A stretch of 57,422 nucleotides of DNA from Acidimicrobiia bacterium. Lineage in GTDB: Bacteria > Actinomycetota > Acidimicrobiia > IMCC26256 > PALSA-610. The notes below the pieces were generated by a model. It saw nothing but the letters and a program-made list of their open reading frames with translations, made no database searches and was not told the origin of the DNA. The stretch lies in the NCBI GenBank assembly GCA_038228615.1, contig JBBRPC010000001.1, positions 1-57,422 of the forward strand, given 5' to 3'. Shown in pieces: positions 27,424 to 36,447 of the stretch. How positions within the stretch are numbered: the stretch's first letter is position 1; each line of letters starts with the position of its first letter. Made by a program: the position numbers and the translations under genes.

Positions 27424-28713
27424 ATGAACTCGACCACGCTCCATCACGACCGTGATCAACTCCTTGCCGCGTTCCGGTCGGTGCGCGGAGTCACCGAAGC
27501 AATAGCGGCGCCGCTGTCATATGAAGATCAATGTGTGCAGTCGATGCCCGATGCGAGTCCGGTCAAATGGCATCGCGCCCACACGACGTGGTTCTTCGAG
27601 ACGTTCATCCTTGTGCCGGAGATGGCTGGATACCGTCAGCTCGATGAGCGCTATAGCTACCTCTTCAATTCGTATTACGAAGCAGTCGGAGCTCGCCATG
27701 CTCGAGCCGAACGCGGCTTGTTGACTCGTCCAAGTTGCGAAGAGGTCGCGGAGTATCGGGCGCACGTCGACAACGCGATGGAGCGGTTCATGACCCACGA
27801 GACATCGCGGGTGTTCGCTCAAGCCGCGCCCCGCATCGAACTCGGACTCCATCACGAACAGCAGCACCAAGAGTTGCTGCTCATGGATATCAAGCACGCA
27901 CTGTCGCGCAATTGTTACGACAACCAATACTGCGATTCTCAGTATGCGCCAACCTCAGGAGCATCGAATACTGCTCGAGCGTTGGAGTTCACAGAACACA
28001 GCGGCGGAATCATCGACATCGGCGCGTCGGACCACGGTTTTTCGTTCGACAACGAAGGGCCAATGCACACTGCGCTCGTCCAACCGTTCGCCTTGGCCAA
28101 TAGGCTCGTCACCGCCGGCGAATGGAAAGCATTCATCGAGGACGACGGATATCAACGCGCCGAACTCTGGCTCTCCGACGGTTGGGGCACGGCCCAACGC
28201 GAGGGTTGGAATGCCCCCCTGTATTGGGAACAGATCGACGGCGATTGGTCGACCTTGACGATGCATGGTGTGCGTGCGATCAACGACGAAGAACCCGTTG
28301 TACATGTCAGCTTCTACGAGGCAGACGCATTCGCGCGGTGGAGTGATGCACGGCTCCCAACCGAGGTCGAATGGGAATCGGTCACCAGCGACGAACCAAT
28401 CGCCGGCAACCTTCTCGACGGATCTGCCCCGCTCACCTCACTGCACCCACGCGCTTCAACAACAACCCAATACTTCGGCGACGTCTGGGAATGGACTGGC
28501 TCGGCATATCTCCCCTATCCCCGATTTACGCCCGCAGCTGGAGCGATCGGCGAGTACAACGGCAAATTCATGAGCAACCAGATGGTCTTGCGTGGTGGAT
28601 CTTTCGCCACCCCCGAATCACACATCCGCAGCACATACCGGAATTTCTTCTACCCGCACCAGCGTTGGATGTTCGCTGGCGTTCGTCTCGCCCGCGATGT
28701 GGAGCCCAACTGA
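27424..28713 (+). CDS. egtB: Ergothioneine biosynthesis sulfoxide synthase EgtB
   Basis: ATG 27424 (MNSTTLHHDRDQLL). DinB-like N-terminal domain (PVKWHRAHTTWFFETF, LGLHHEQQHQELL). FGE-sulfatase-type C-terminal domain (GDVWEWTGSAYLPYP, LRGGSFATP). Confidence 0.9.
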   Translation: MNSTTLHHDRDQLLAAFRSVRGVTEAIAAPLSYEDQCVQSMPDASPVKWHRAHTTWFFETFILVPEMAGYRQLDERYSYLFNSYYEAVGARHARAERGLLTRPSCEEVAEYRAHVDNAMERFMTHETSRVFAQAAPRIELGLHHEQQHQELLLMDIKHALSRNCYDNQYCDSQYAPTSGASNTARALEFTEHSGGIIDIGASDHGFSFDNEGPMHTALVQPFALANRLVTAGEWKAFIEDDGYQRAELWLSDGWGTAQREGWNAPLYWEQIDGDWSTLTMHGVRAINDEEPVVHVSFYEADAFARWSDARLPTEVEWESVTSDEPIAGNLLDGSAPLTSLHPRASTTTQYFGDVWEWTGSAYLPYPRFTPAAGAIGEYNGKFMSNQMVLRGGSFATPESHIRSTYRNFFYPHQRWMFAGVRLARDVEPN

Positions 28714-28714
28714 C

Positions 28715-29686
28715 ATGACTGCAATCACGATCGATGTTCATCTTGAGCCGCTCGAAATGGCCGCGGCGTTGCGTGCCGACGCTGCAGAGGGTCTCATGCG
28801 AGCCCAGAAAGATTTGCCGCCGAAGTGGTTCTACGACGAGCAGGGATCGCAGCTGTTCGACGAAATCACTCGCGTTGATGAGTACTACCCGACTCGCTGC
28901 GAGCGCGCCATTCTCGAAACCAATGCTGCAACAATCGCACGCGTCACGCAGGCGGACACGCTGGTCGAACTCGGTTCAGGAACTTCGGAAAAGACACGCA
29001 TCATCCTCAATTCGTTGCGCGACGCGCACACCCTTCAGCGCTTTGTGCCATTCGATGTCAGCGAACAGACGTTGCGCGATGCGGCCGAGGCGGTCAGTAC
29101 TGAGTACCCCGAAATCGCCGTGCACGCGGTAGTTGGCGACTTCGAACGACATCTCGGCGATATCCCAACAGGAGGCCGCCGCCTGGTCGCGTTCCTTGGC
29201 GGCACAATTGGGAATCTGCAGCCTGTCGCACGGGCGCGATTCCTCAATGATGTGGCGTGTGGGTTACGGCCGGGCGATCACCTGCTGCTCGGTACCGATT
29301 TGGTCAAGGATCCGGCCCGTTTGGTTTCTGCGTACGACGACGCTGGCGGCGTCACTGCGCGGTTCAACAAGAACGTCCTGACCGTGTTGAACAGGGAACT
29401 CGACGCCGACTTCGACGTCAACGATTTCGACCACGTCGCCGCTTGGGTGGAGGATCGAGAGTGGATCGAGATGCGACTGCGCTCGCGGCGCGCTGTCGAT
29501 GTCAAGATTCTTGCGCTTGGTCAAGTGGTCTCGTTCGCACCAGGTGAGGAAATTCGCACCGAAATCAGCGCCAAGTTCCGCAAAGTTCGAGTTGAAGCAG
29601 AACTCGCGGCCGCCGGGCTCCGTCTGACGCACTGGTGGACCGACCCAAACGGCGACTTCGCACTCAGTCTTTCCACGCTCGCCTAA
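28715..29686 (+). CDS. egtD: L-histidine N-alpha-methyltransferase EgtD
   Basis: ATG 28715, 1 nt after the egtB stop. PKWFYDEQGSQLFDEITRVDEYYPTRCE, ELGSGTSEKTR and FLGGTIGNL are EgtD signatures. Confidence 0.92.
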   Translation: MTAITIDVHLEPLEMAAALRADAAEGLMRAQKDLPPKWFYDEQGSQLFDEITRVDEYYPTRCERAILETNAATIARVTQADTLVELGSGTSEKTRIILNSLRDAHTLQRFVPFDVSEQTLRDAAEAVSTEYPEIAVHAVVGDFERHLGDIPTGGRRLVAFLGGTIGNLQPVARARFLNDVACGLRPGDHLLLGTDLVKDPARLVSAYDDAGGVTARFNKNVLTVLNRELDADFDVNDFDHVAAWVEDREWIEMRLRSRRAVDVKILALGQVVSFAPGEEIRTEISAKFRKVRVEAELAAAGLRLTHWWTDPNGDFALSLSTLA

Positions 29687-29711
29687 CTCGCTCGATGGTC
29701 CCCGGCACAAT

Positions 29712-29733
29712 TTCCACTATCGCCGTAGTGGAA
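29712..29733. promoter_or_regulatory. Perfect 8-bp inverted repeat TTCCACTA-N6-TAGTGGAA upstream of sufC
   Basis: Read directly: ttccacta (29712-29719) cgccg t tagtggaa (29726-29733). Lies 26 nt after the egtD stop and 15 nt before the sufC ATG. Either an operator or a weak hairpin; no U-tract. Confidence 0.3.
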
Positions 29734-29747
29734 TTACACTGGGCAAC

Positions 29748-30512
29748 ATGGCGCAGGCCGAAATAGCCCTCGAAATCGACGATCTCCACGCTCAGGTCGA
29801 AGGTAATTCGATCCTGAAAGGGGTATCGCTCGCCGTCCCGACCGGCGAAATCCACGCCTTGATGGGCCCGAATGGCTCCGGAAAGTCGACGCTGGCCAAC
29901 GTGTTGCTCGGCAATCCAGCGTATGAGGTCACGTCGGGCAAGATCCTCTTCCAAGGCGAAGACATCACGGCCCTATCACCCGGCGATCGCGCGGCGCGCG
30001 GGCTGTTCTTGGGGTTCCAACACCCTGAGGAAATTCCCGGCGTGTCAGTCTTCAGCTTTATGCGCCAAGCGATGGCAGTCCGCAAAGGGATCGACAACTT
30101 CTCGGTGCTGGAGGTGCGTTTGAAAATCATGGAATGGACCAAACGGCTCGGCATGGACAACCGCTTCACCGAGCGCTACCTCAACGAAGGATTCTCAGGC
30201 GGCGAACGCAAACGCAATGAGATCTTGCAAATGGCCCTGCTTGAGCCCGACTTCGCGATTCTCGACGAGACCGACAGCGGTCTCGACATCGACGCCCTGA
30301 AAGCCGTTGGCGACGGTATCGCCGAAGTGCGCCGCGACCGAAAGGAACTCGGCATCCTTGTGATCACCCACTACCAACGCATGCTCGACTACCTCACACC
30401 CGATGTAGTGCATGTGCTCGTCGACGGGCGCGTCGTCAGTACCGGTGGACCCGAACTCGCCAAGCGCGTCGAGACCGACGGTTTCGACACCTTTCGTCAC
30501 CAAGTCGCATAG
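29748..30512 (+). CDS. sufC: Fe-S cluster assembly ATPase SufC
   Basis: Walker A GPNGSGKST, signature LNEGFSGGERKR, Walker B ILDETDSGLD, and the H-loop ITHY. Confidence 0.95.
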   Translation: MAQAEIALEIDDLHAQVEGNSILKGVSLAVPTGEIHALMGPNGSGKSTLANVLLGNPAYEVTSGKILFQGEDITALSPGDRAARGLFLGFQHPEEIPGVSVFSFMRQAMAVRKGIDNFSVLEVRLKIMEWTKRLGMDNRFTERYLNEGFSGGERKRNEILQMALLEPDFAILDETDSGLDIDALKAVGDGIAEVRRDRKELGILVITHYQRMLDYLTPDVVHVLVDGRVVSTGGPELAKRVETDGFDTFRHQVA

Positions 30513-30520
30513 GCCGTTTC

Positions 30521-31756
30521 ATGAATACGCTCGACGTCGCACGCATCAAGTCCGACTTCCCCATCATGCAACACCAGACCAACGGTAAGCCGTTGGTCTT
30601 TCTCGACTCAGCAGCATCGTCGCAAAAGCCGATTCAGGTACTCGACGCGATGGACGACGCGTATCGCAACTACTACGCGAACGTGCACCGTGGCGTGTAC
30701 GAAATCGCTGAGATTTCCACGGCGCGTTTCGAAGCTGCACGAGCCAAAGTGGCCCGATTTATTGGCGCCAATGATCCCAACGAGATCGTCTTCGTGCGCA
30801 ATGCAACCGAGGCGATCAATCTCGTCGCACATTCGTGGGGGCGCGCAAATCTCCGATCCGGTGATGTCGTCGTGCTCACCCACATGGAGCACCACGCCAA
30901 CATCGTGCCGTGGCAGATGCTCGCGGATGAGCGCGGCATCGAGTTGCGATGGATCCCGCTCACGAGCGACTACACCCTGGATCTCTCGACCCTCGACCAA
31001 CTTCTCGACGGTGCGAAGCTGTTGTGCGTTACCGCCATGTCGAACGTACTGGGAACAATCAATGACATCGCACCGCTTGCGGCAGCCGCGCACTCACACG
31101 ACGCACTGATTCTTGTCGACGCATGTCAATTCGTGCCGCATGTCGCAACCAACGTTCAAAACTGGGATGCGGATTTCATCGCATTTTCGGCGCACAAGAT
31201 GTGCGGTCCTAGTGGAATTGGGGCACTTTGGGGCCGTCGCGAGCTCCTCGAAGCGATGCCACCGTTCCTCGGTGGCGGCGGCATGATTCGCGACGTACGA
31301 CTCGATGGCTTTGTCCCGGACGAAGTCCCGTGGAAGTTCGAAGCTGGTACTCCAGCGATCGTCGAAGCGATCGGTTTCGGCGCGGCGATCGACTACCTGA
31401 ACAATCTTGGGATGGACGCAATCCGTGATCACGAGATGCGACTGACGCGATTCGCACTCGATGCACTCACCACAGCGTTCCCGAAGACGCTGCGAATCTA
31501 TGGACCACGTGATGTATCGATTCGTGGGGGTGCAGTTTCGTTCTTGTTCGATGGCATTCACGCTCACGATGTCAGCCAAGTACTCGACCAGGACGCCGTG
31601 TGTGTCCGCCCAGGGCACCACTGCGCCAAGCCACTCATGCGTCAGCTCGGCATCTCCGCGACGAGCCGCGCAAGTTTTTACATCTACAACGACGAGCACG
31701 ACGTCGACTGTCTCGTGCAAGCCCTCGCCAAAGCAGAAAAGTTCTTCGCGCTGTAA
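30521..31756 (+). CDS. sufS: Cysteine desulfurase SufS (group II)
   Basis: FSAHKMCGPSGIG (PLP-Lys). RPGHHCAKPL active-site Cys loop. 411 aa. Confidence 0.93.
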   Translation: MNTLDVARIKSDFPIMQHQTNGKPLVFLDSAASSQKPIQVLDAMDDAYRNYYANVHRGVYEIAEISTARFEAARAKVARFIGANDPNEIVFVRNATEAINLVAHSWGRANLRSGDVVVLTHMEHHANIVPWQMLADERGIELRWIPLTSDYTLDLSTLDQLLDGAKLLCVTAMSNVLGTINDIAPLAAAAHSHDALILVDACQFVPHVATNVQNWDADFIAFSAHKMCGPSGIGALWGRRELLEAMPPFLGGGGMIRDVRLDGFVPDEVPWKFEAGTPAIVEAIGFGAAIDYLNNLGMDAIRDHEMRLTRFALDALTTAFPKTLRIYGPRDVSIRGGAVSFLFDGIHAHDVSQVLDQDAVCVRPGHHCAKPLMRQLGISATSRASFYIYNDEHDVDCLVQALAKAEKFFAL

Positions 31757-31856
31757 TTGTCGACGCAACGCGGGGAACCGCAACGGTCACCGCAACAACT
31801 CTGCGCCCGAGAGATACACCCGTGCGATACATAGGCCAATAGATAGGATCAGCACC

Positions 31857-32336
31857 ATGGCCGGTCTCGAAGACCTCTATAGAGAGATCATCCTCGATCA
31901 CTACCGTTCACCGCGCAATCGAGGTGAACTCGCTGTGCCACCCGCGCATAAGACCGAGGGCTTTAACCCGCTATGTGGCGACGAAGTAGCAATCTTTTTG
32001 GAAGTCGATTCCTCAGGAACCGTGAGCGAGATCAAAATCAGCGGCCAAGGTTGTTCGATCAGTCAAGCGTCGACATCGATGATGAGCGACGCCGTCAAAG
32101 GTAAGACCGTCACAGAGGCACGAAAACTCATCCGCGCCTTTAAGGCTTTGATGTCGATTCACGAAAGCAAGCTCGAAGGCGAAGCCGACGGCAGTGACCT
32201 CGCCGCCGACCTTGAAGGCATCAGCCTCGGCGACCTCGAAGCCCTCCAAGGCGTCGTGAAGTTCCCCGTGCGAATCAAGTGCGCGACATTGGCATGGAAC
32301 ACGCTGCAACAGGGGTTCGAAGAACTCGACGTGTAG
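31857..32336 (+). CDS. sufU: Fe-S scaffold / sulfur acceptor SufU (IscU-like)
   Basis: ATG 31857 (MAGLEDLYREIILDHYRSPRNRG). NPLCGDEV, GQGCSISQAS and KCATLAWN supply the conserved Cys/Asp ligands. The upstream part of ORF 31461.. reads through sufS in another frame. Confidence 0.9.
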   Translation: MAGLEDLYREIILDHYRSPRNRGELAVPPAHKTEGFNPLCGDEVAIFLEVDSSGTVSEIKISGQGCSISQASTSMMSDAVKGKTVTEARKLIRAFKALMSIHESKLEGEADGSDLAADLEGISLGDLEALQGVVKFPVRIKCATLAWNTLQQGFEELDV

Positions 32337-32472
32337 CTCCAATTCACTGAAGTGTGACACACGCGCCACGTCGCACAACGTGCCGCATTTCAAACTTGCA
32401 CAAATCCCGACCGTGTACAAGCCGATGATGGTGTTAGCTTGAGTCCCACTCGGGAACTCTCAGGAGGCCAAG

Positions 32473-32649
32473 ATGAACCAGACCGGCGTCGTCACAATGA
32501 TCGACGAAGCACTCGCACGTTTCGCGGCGCGCGATCTGATTGCTGGCCACGAAGTAGTCGATTTCCTCCTCGATCTGCGCCTCGCCGTCCTCGACGACAG
32601 CGAACTGCGTGAACTCCTCGAACAAGAGGTACAACCGACCGTTTCGTAG
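32473..32649 (+). CDS. Unannotated small acidic protein (58 aa, below the ORF-track cutoff)
   Basis: My translation: MNQTGVVTMIDEALARFAARDLIAGHEVVDFLLDLRLAVLDDSELRELLEQEVQPTVS. CAGGAGG lies 5 nt upstream of ATG 32473. Strong G/C third-position bias. TAG at 32647-32649. Confidence 0.5.
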   Translation: MNQTGVVTMIDEALARFAARDLIAGHEVVDFLLDLRLAVLDDSELRELLEQEVQPTVS

Positions 32650-32780
32650 CACCGGAGCTGTACTCGCCACGCTCCGCTCAAGGTTTCCGCGCGTCCAAAC
32701 AGAGCTTTCAGACGTGACCGCTATTTCGCGTGCCCAACTTGTAGCCTGAATCGACCTGTTCTTCGTCTGTAAAGGCATTC

Positions 32781-33833
32781 GTGCGTAAAGAGCTGTGGGT
32801 GCGTAGTTCCATCGTTGCCGCCACTGCGGTTGGCGTGGCAGTCGTGAGCCTCTCCACGTACGGATATGTCTTCGGTTTCGACGGTGCACCTTCCACCGCT
32901 GCTGGCGCTTCACGGACGGGATTCGTCAGCGCGTCAAGCACGTCATCGTCCACCGTCGCGCCGTCATCGACCACTCACACGACTCCCACGACGATCCCCA
33001 CCACCACGACGACACATCCTGTAATGAAGGAACCGCCGGCGCAGATCATGCCGGATGTTCCGAGCAACGGATTAGGACAGTTCAGCTCAGGCGCTGTCGT
33101 TCGCGCCTACGAGCAGCGGCTCAAAGACTTGCATTTCGATCCAGGCCCGATCGACGGAAAGTTCGACATCGATCTTCGCTACGCCGTGGAGGCCGTACAG
33201 AAACTTTGGGGTCTGCCGCGAACCGGTCGTATCGATGAAGCCACTCGTGGTGTGATCGCCGGTTTCAAATATCCCACCTCATTGGTGAAGAACCCCGAGC
33301 CCAATAGAGTCGAGATTGATCTCGATCATCAGGTGCTCGTGGTCTGGACCAACTGGCAAATCACACTCATCACAACAACTTCAACCGGGAGCGGTCGGCG
33401 TTTTTGCGGAGGCAACGACGGCTGCCAATATGCCGTAACGCCACCGGGCAAGTTCGCGTTCCAATGGCACAAAGAAGGTTGGCGCAACGGCGCGCTTGGC
33501 ATGCTGTGGAACCCGTACTACTTCAACGGTGGTATCGCGGTTCACGGGTACTCGTCCGTTCCGGTGTATCCCGCTTCGCACGGTTGTTCTCGTATTCCAA
33601 TGCACATCGCCACGTACTTTGCATCGTTGGTGCAGAAGGGCGAACCGGTGTACGTCGTTGGAACGCCATCACATGATTCGAGTACACCGCCACCCACGAC
33701 ACCGACGACGGCGCCCGTCATATCCACCACAACAGTGCCGCCGACGCCCACGACGCAACCGCCGACAACCACGACGAAAACAACAGTCCCACATCCCACA
33801 ACCACGACACACCCACACACCACCACTACGTGA
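32781..33833 (+). CDS. L,D-transpeptidase (YkuD domain) with a PG-binding domain and Thr/Pro-rich segments
   Basis: Signal/TM segment SSIVAATAVGVAVVSL. PG_binding_1-like LKDLHFDPGPIDGKFD. Catalytic HGYSSVPVYPASHGCSRIP. Thr/Pro-rich C-terminal tail at 33675-33830. Confidence 0.88.
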   Translation: MRKELWVRSSIVAATAVGVAVVSLSTYGYVFGFDGAPSTAAGASRTGFVSASSTSSSTVAPSSTTHTTPTTIPTTTTTHPVMKEPPAQIMPDVPSNGLGQFSSGAVVRAYEQRLKDLHFDPGPIDGKFDIDLRYAVEAVQKLWGLPRTGRIDEATRGVIAGFKYPTSLVKNPEPNRVEIDLDHQVLVVWTNWQITLITTTSTGSGRRFCGGNDGCQYAVTPPGKFAFQWHKEGWRNGALGMLWNPYYFNGGIAVHGYSSVPVYPASHGCSRIPMHIATYFASLVQKGEPVYVVGTPSHDSSTPPPTTPTTAPVISTTTVPPTPTTQPPTTTTKTTVPHPTTTTHPHTTTT

Positions 33834-33857
33834 GGCCTGTCACCTTGGCCAAGCGGG

Positions 33858-35351
33858 TCACGCGCTCCCGAGTGCCCGCCCGATCAGCAGTAGACCGCCG
33901 CCTGTTACAACTATGCCTGTGACGATCGGCAACGACGCGGCGATTCGCAGCGCACGTTGGCTTGCACGCTCGAGAGAGAACCGACGGCGCGCCCAGCCGA
34001 GCGCGAGGCCTGCCGCAATCAGTGTCGCCGACATCCCGACGCCGTAGAACACCACGAGCATCACGCCGAACCAGGCACGCCCAATCGCGGTGGCTCCGAG
34101 CAATACGATGACCGCGCTGGGTGTCGGAACGAGCCCCCCTGCGAAGCCAAGCGCGACAAGACTCCGCGTGCGCAATGGAGCGACGGCGTCTTCGTTGACG
34201 GTGTAGTCGTGTTCATGCCCGTGATGTTCGTGTTCATGCGCGGCGTGTTCATGCGCGTGATGGTCGTGCGAATGGGTGTGCCCGCCGTGTGAATGCCCGT
34301 GCGCAAACAAGGTTTTTCGTTGACGAACAGCGCGCACCAACAACGTCACTCCGAGAGCCCCGAACAAGATGCCGCTGAACACACCGAGATATGGGTAGAC
34401 CGACTCTGGCGCGAACGTTTGGGTCGCCGTCAGCACGATGCCGAGCACCAACACGCCGATGGTGTGGGTAATCGCGACGGTGAGACCCAGCATGAACCCT
34501 TGCCGCGTCGATCCGCGCTGGCCGACCATGTACGCGGCCATCACCGTTTTGCCGTGCCCCGGGAACAATGCATGGAACGCGCCAAGTATGAGTGCGGCGG
34601 CAACGGCCAGCATTGCCAGACCAAGCGTGAGTCGTTTGGATTCCACGCTGTGAGTAAACCAACCAGTCAGCCCCTCGTATCGCGAGGTGAGTGGATTCGA
34701 CCGGATCTGCGGCGCTGCTGCACCGCCGGGCTGGTAGTGCAACGAGATCGCTTGGGCATCGAGCGGCGAACGCAGTTGGTTCTTTGGATAATTCGTGAGG
34801 TGCTTGCTGAGTGAGGTCGTGGGGACGTTGGAGGAGTGCAAAGTCGTTTGGTCGCCGACTGCGATCAGTTCTCGCCAACCAACGCGGCCAGCAAAGTTGG
34901 TGTCCCGATAGTGCAAGGCGGCCGATCGGTCGGCACCCGACCAATCGAACCGACATTCAACCCGCAAGGTAACCAAGCCTTGGCCGGGGAGGGTGCGCAT
35001 CAATGCAGAGCGCTGCACGAGCGGAATCGCACGGTCGCCAATAACTAGTTGCAGACCACGCTGCAACTCAGAACAGCGCGGCGCCGCTGCCGCGCGAAGC
35101 TCGGCATCGTCGTAGCGACCATCGCCATTCGTATCGACAGTCGCGCGCTGCTGGAAGGTGGGGATTTCCGCCAGGTCAAGCACGTAGTCGACGGTGCCGC
35201 GACCCGGACCAACTGTGACGCCGCTGTACCGATTCGTCGTGAAATTGCCAAGCGGATGCGCGCTCGCGGGGCCAGCCAACACACCAGTCGCCAAGACCGC
35301 GATTCCGCACGCCAACCCAAACCGAACTACCCGCAATCCCGGCGTCTTCAC
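33858..35351 (-). CDS. NicO/RcnA-type nickel/cobalt transporter with an N-terminal extracytoplasmic domain and a His-rich loop
   Basis: Start set at GTG 35351 (VKTPGLRVVRFGLACGIAVLATGVLAGPASA, a signal peptide); TTG 35336 is also possible. HPLGNFTTNRY after the signal cleavage site. HALFPGHGKT family signature. Loop HGHSHGGHTHSHDHHAHEHAAHEHEHHGHEHD (~34205-34302). Confidence 0.8.
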   Translation of the reverse strand: MKTPGLRVVRFGLACGIAVLATGVLAGPASAHPLGNFTTNRYSGVTVGPGRGTVDYVLDLAEIPTFQQRATVDTNGDGRYDDAELRAAAAPRCSELQRGLQLVIGDRAIPLVQRSALMRTLPGQGLVTLRVECRFDWSGADRSAALHYRDTNFAGRVGWRELIAVGDQTTLHSSNVPTTSLSKHLTNYPKNQLRSPLDAQAISLHYQPGGAAAPQIRSNPLTSRYEGLTGWFTHSVESKRLTLGLAMLAVAAALILGAFHALFPGHGKTVMAAYMVGQRGSTRQGFMLGLTVAITHTIGVLVLGIVLTATQTFAPESVYPYLGVFSGILFGALGVTLLVRAVRQRKTLFAHGHSHGGHTHSHDHHAHEHAAHEHEHHGHEHDYTVNEDAVAPLRTRSLVALGFAGGLVPTPSAVIVLLGATAIGRAWFGVMLVVFYGVGMSATLIAAGLALGWARRRFSLERASQRALRIAASLPIVTGIVVTGGGLLLIGRALGSA

Positions 35352-35427
35352 AAGTTGTGTTCGTAGCGGCGCAACATCACGGATGCGCCAAACCCAGTCG
35401 GGTACCTCACAGAAATTGTTCGTAAGG

Positions 35428-36357
35428 ATGCCGAACGTTTCTTCTACGGTTGCGCCGATGGGATCCACTTCATTTCTCGACACCACGCAGGTCACGGCGT
35501 CCGGCGCGGGTTCGTACCGCGCGACGATCAGCGACGGCTGGAACGCGCCGATCATCCCGCAGGGCGGCATTGTGGCTGCACTCGCTGGTCGGGCCTTGAC
35601 CGCGGAACTCGATGACCCAGGGCAGCTGTTGCGCTCACTGAGTGTCGTCTTCGCCGGCCAAGTGCTCAGTGGCGACGTCGAGATCGGCGTGCAGATCATC
35701 CGGCGCGGGCGCTCTATTTCCCAACTCATGGCCACGGTGACAAATCCCGGTGCCACCGCCGGATTAACTGCGATTGCCGTGTTCGGTGGCCCCCGACCGG
35801 GCTTCGCATTCACTGATCTCGAAATGCCAGATGTCGAGGCACCCGACCTGTGTCGTTCGTGGCGCGAGGATCCGCCTGAAGGCGTCGTGTTCGAGCACAA
35901 ATTTGAAGCGGGTTATTGGGACAATGCGGAGGGCCGCGCTGCCTTTGGGGTCGCGCCGTGGGACACCGAAACCGCACGCACATCTGCCGAACAGGCCACG
36001 TGGTACCGGTTTGATGTGGCGCCATTACTGGCCGACGGCACGTGGGATCCGCTCGCGGTCGCGAGCATGTGCGACACGATGCCCGGAGCCGTCGGGCAAC
36101 GAGTCGGCGGGTTCGGCACCTTGCCAATGTGGTTCAGCCCGAGCGCAGACCTCCACGTCCAACTGTTTCAACCAGCCCGAAGTGAGTGGTTGCTCGCACA
36201 CAACACCTGCCGTCACGCAGGCGATGGCTACGCATCGCTCGACATGCGGATGTGGGACCCAAAGGTCGGACTCGTCGCCTACGCGACACAACAGATGTTC
36301 TTCAGCTGGCCCGACGGACCACCTTCGCCCGAACAACTCGAGATTCAGACCTCGTGA
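35428..36357 (+). CDS. Thioesterase-family protein (TesB-like double hot-dog)
   Basis: Start at ATG 35428 (MPNVSS...). WNAPIIPQGGIVAALAGRAL and ADLHVQLF blocks are typical of acyl-CoA thioesterase II-like proteins. Earlier ORF codons overlap the divergent transporter. Confidence 0.72.
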   Translation: MPNVSSTVAPMGSTSFLDTTQVTASGAGSYRATISDGWNAPIIPQGGIVAALAGRALTAELDDPGQLLRSLSVVFAGQVLSGDVEIGVQIIRRGRSISQLMATVTNPGATAGLTAIAVFGGPRPGFAFTDLEMPDVEAPDLCRSWREDPPEGVVFEHKFEAGYWDNAEGRAAFGVAPWDTETARTSAEQATWYRFDVAPLLADGTWDPLAVASMCDTMPGAVGQRVGGFGTLPMWFSPSADLHVQLFQPARSEWLLAHNTCRHAGDGYASLDMRMWDPKVGLVAYATQQMFFSWPDGPPSPEQLEIQTS

Positions 36358-36447
36358 TTTGAGTCACGAGACAATTCTGTCCGGCCGCGCACGTCAGGAT
36401 TAGGTTCGGCGCGTTCTCTCGCAGTCTTCCTAGGCATTGGAGCCGGA

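Noticed and set aside
32434-32913. 159-aa and 73-aa minus-strand ORFs between sufU and the L,D-transpeptidase
   Set aside because: Arg-rich, and they overlap the Ldt start. The plus-strand 58-aa sORF with a strong SD explains the coding-like signal better.
35352-35900. 183-codon upstream extension of the NicO-like ORF (33858..35900)
   Set aside because: It overlaps the thioesterase gene on the other strand. A signal peptide begins right after GTG 35351, so a longer cytoplasmic N-terminus is implausible.
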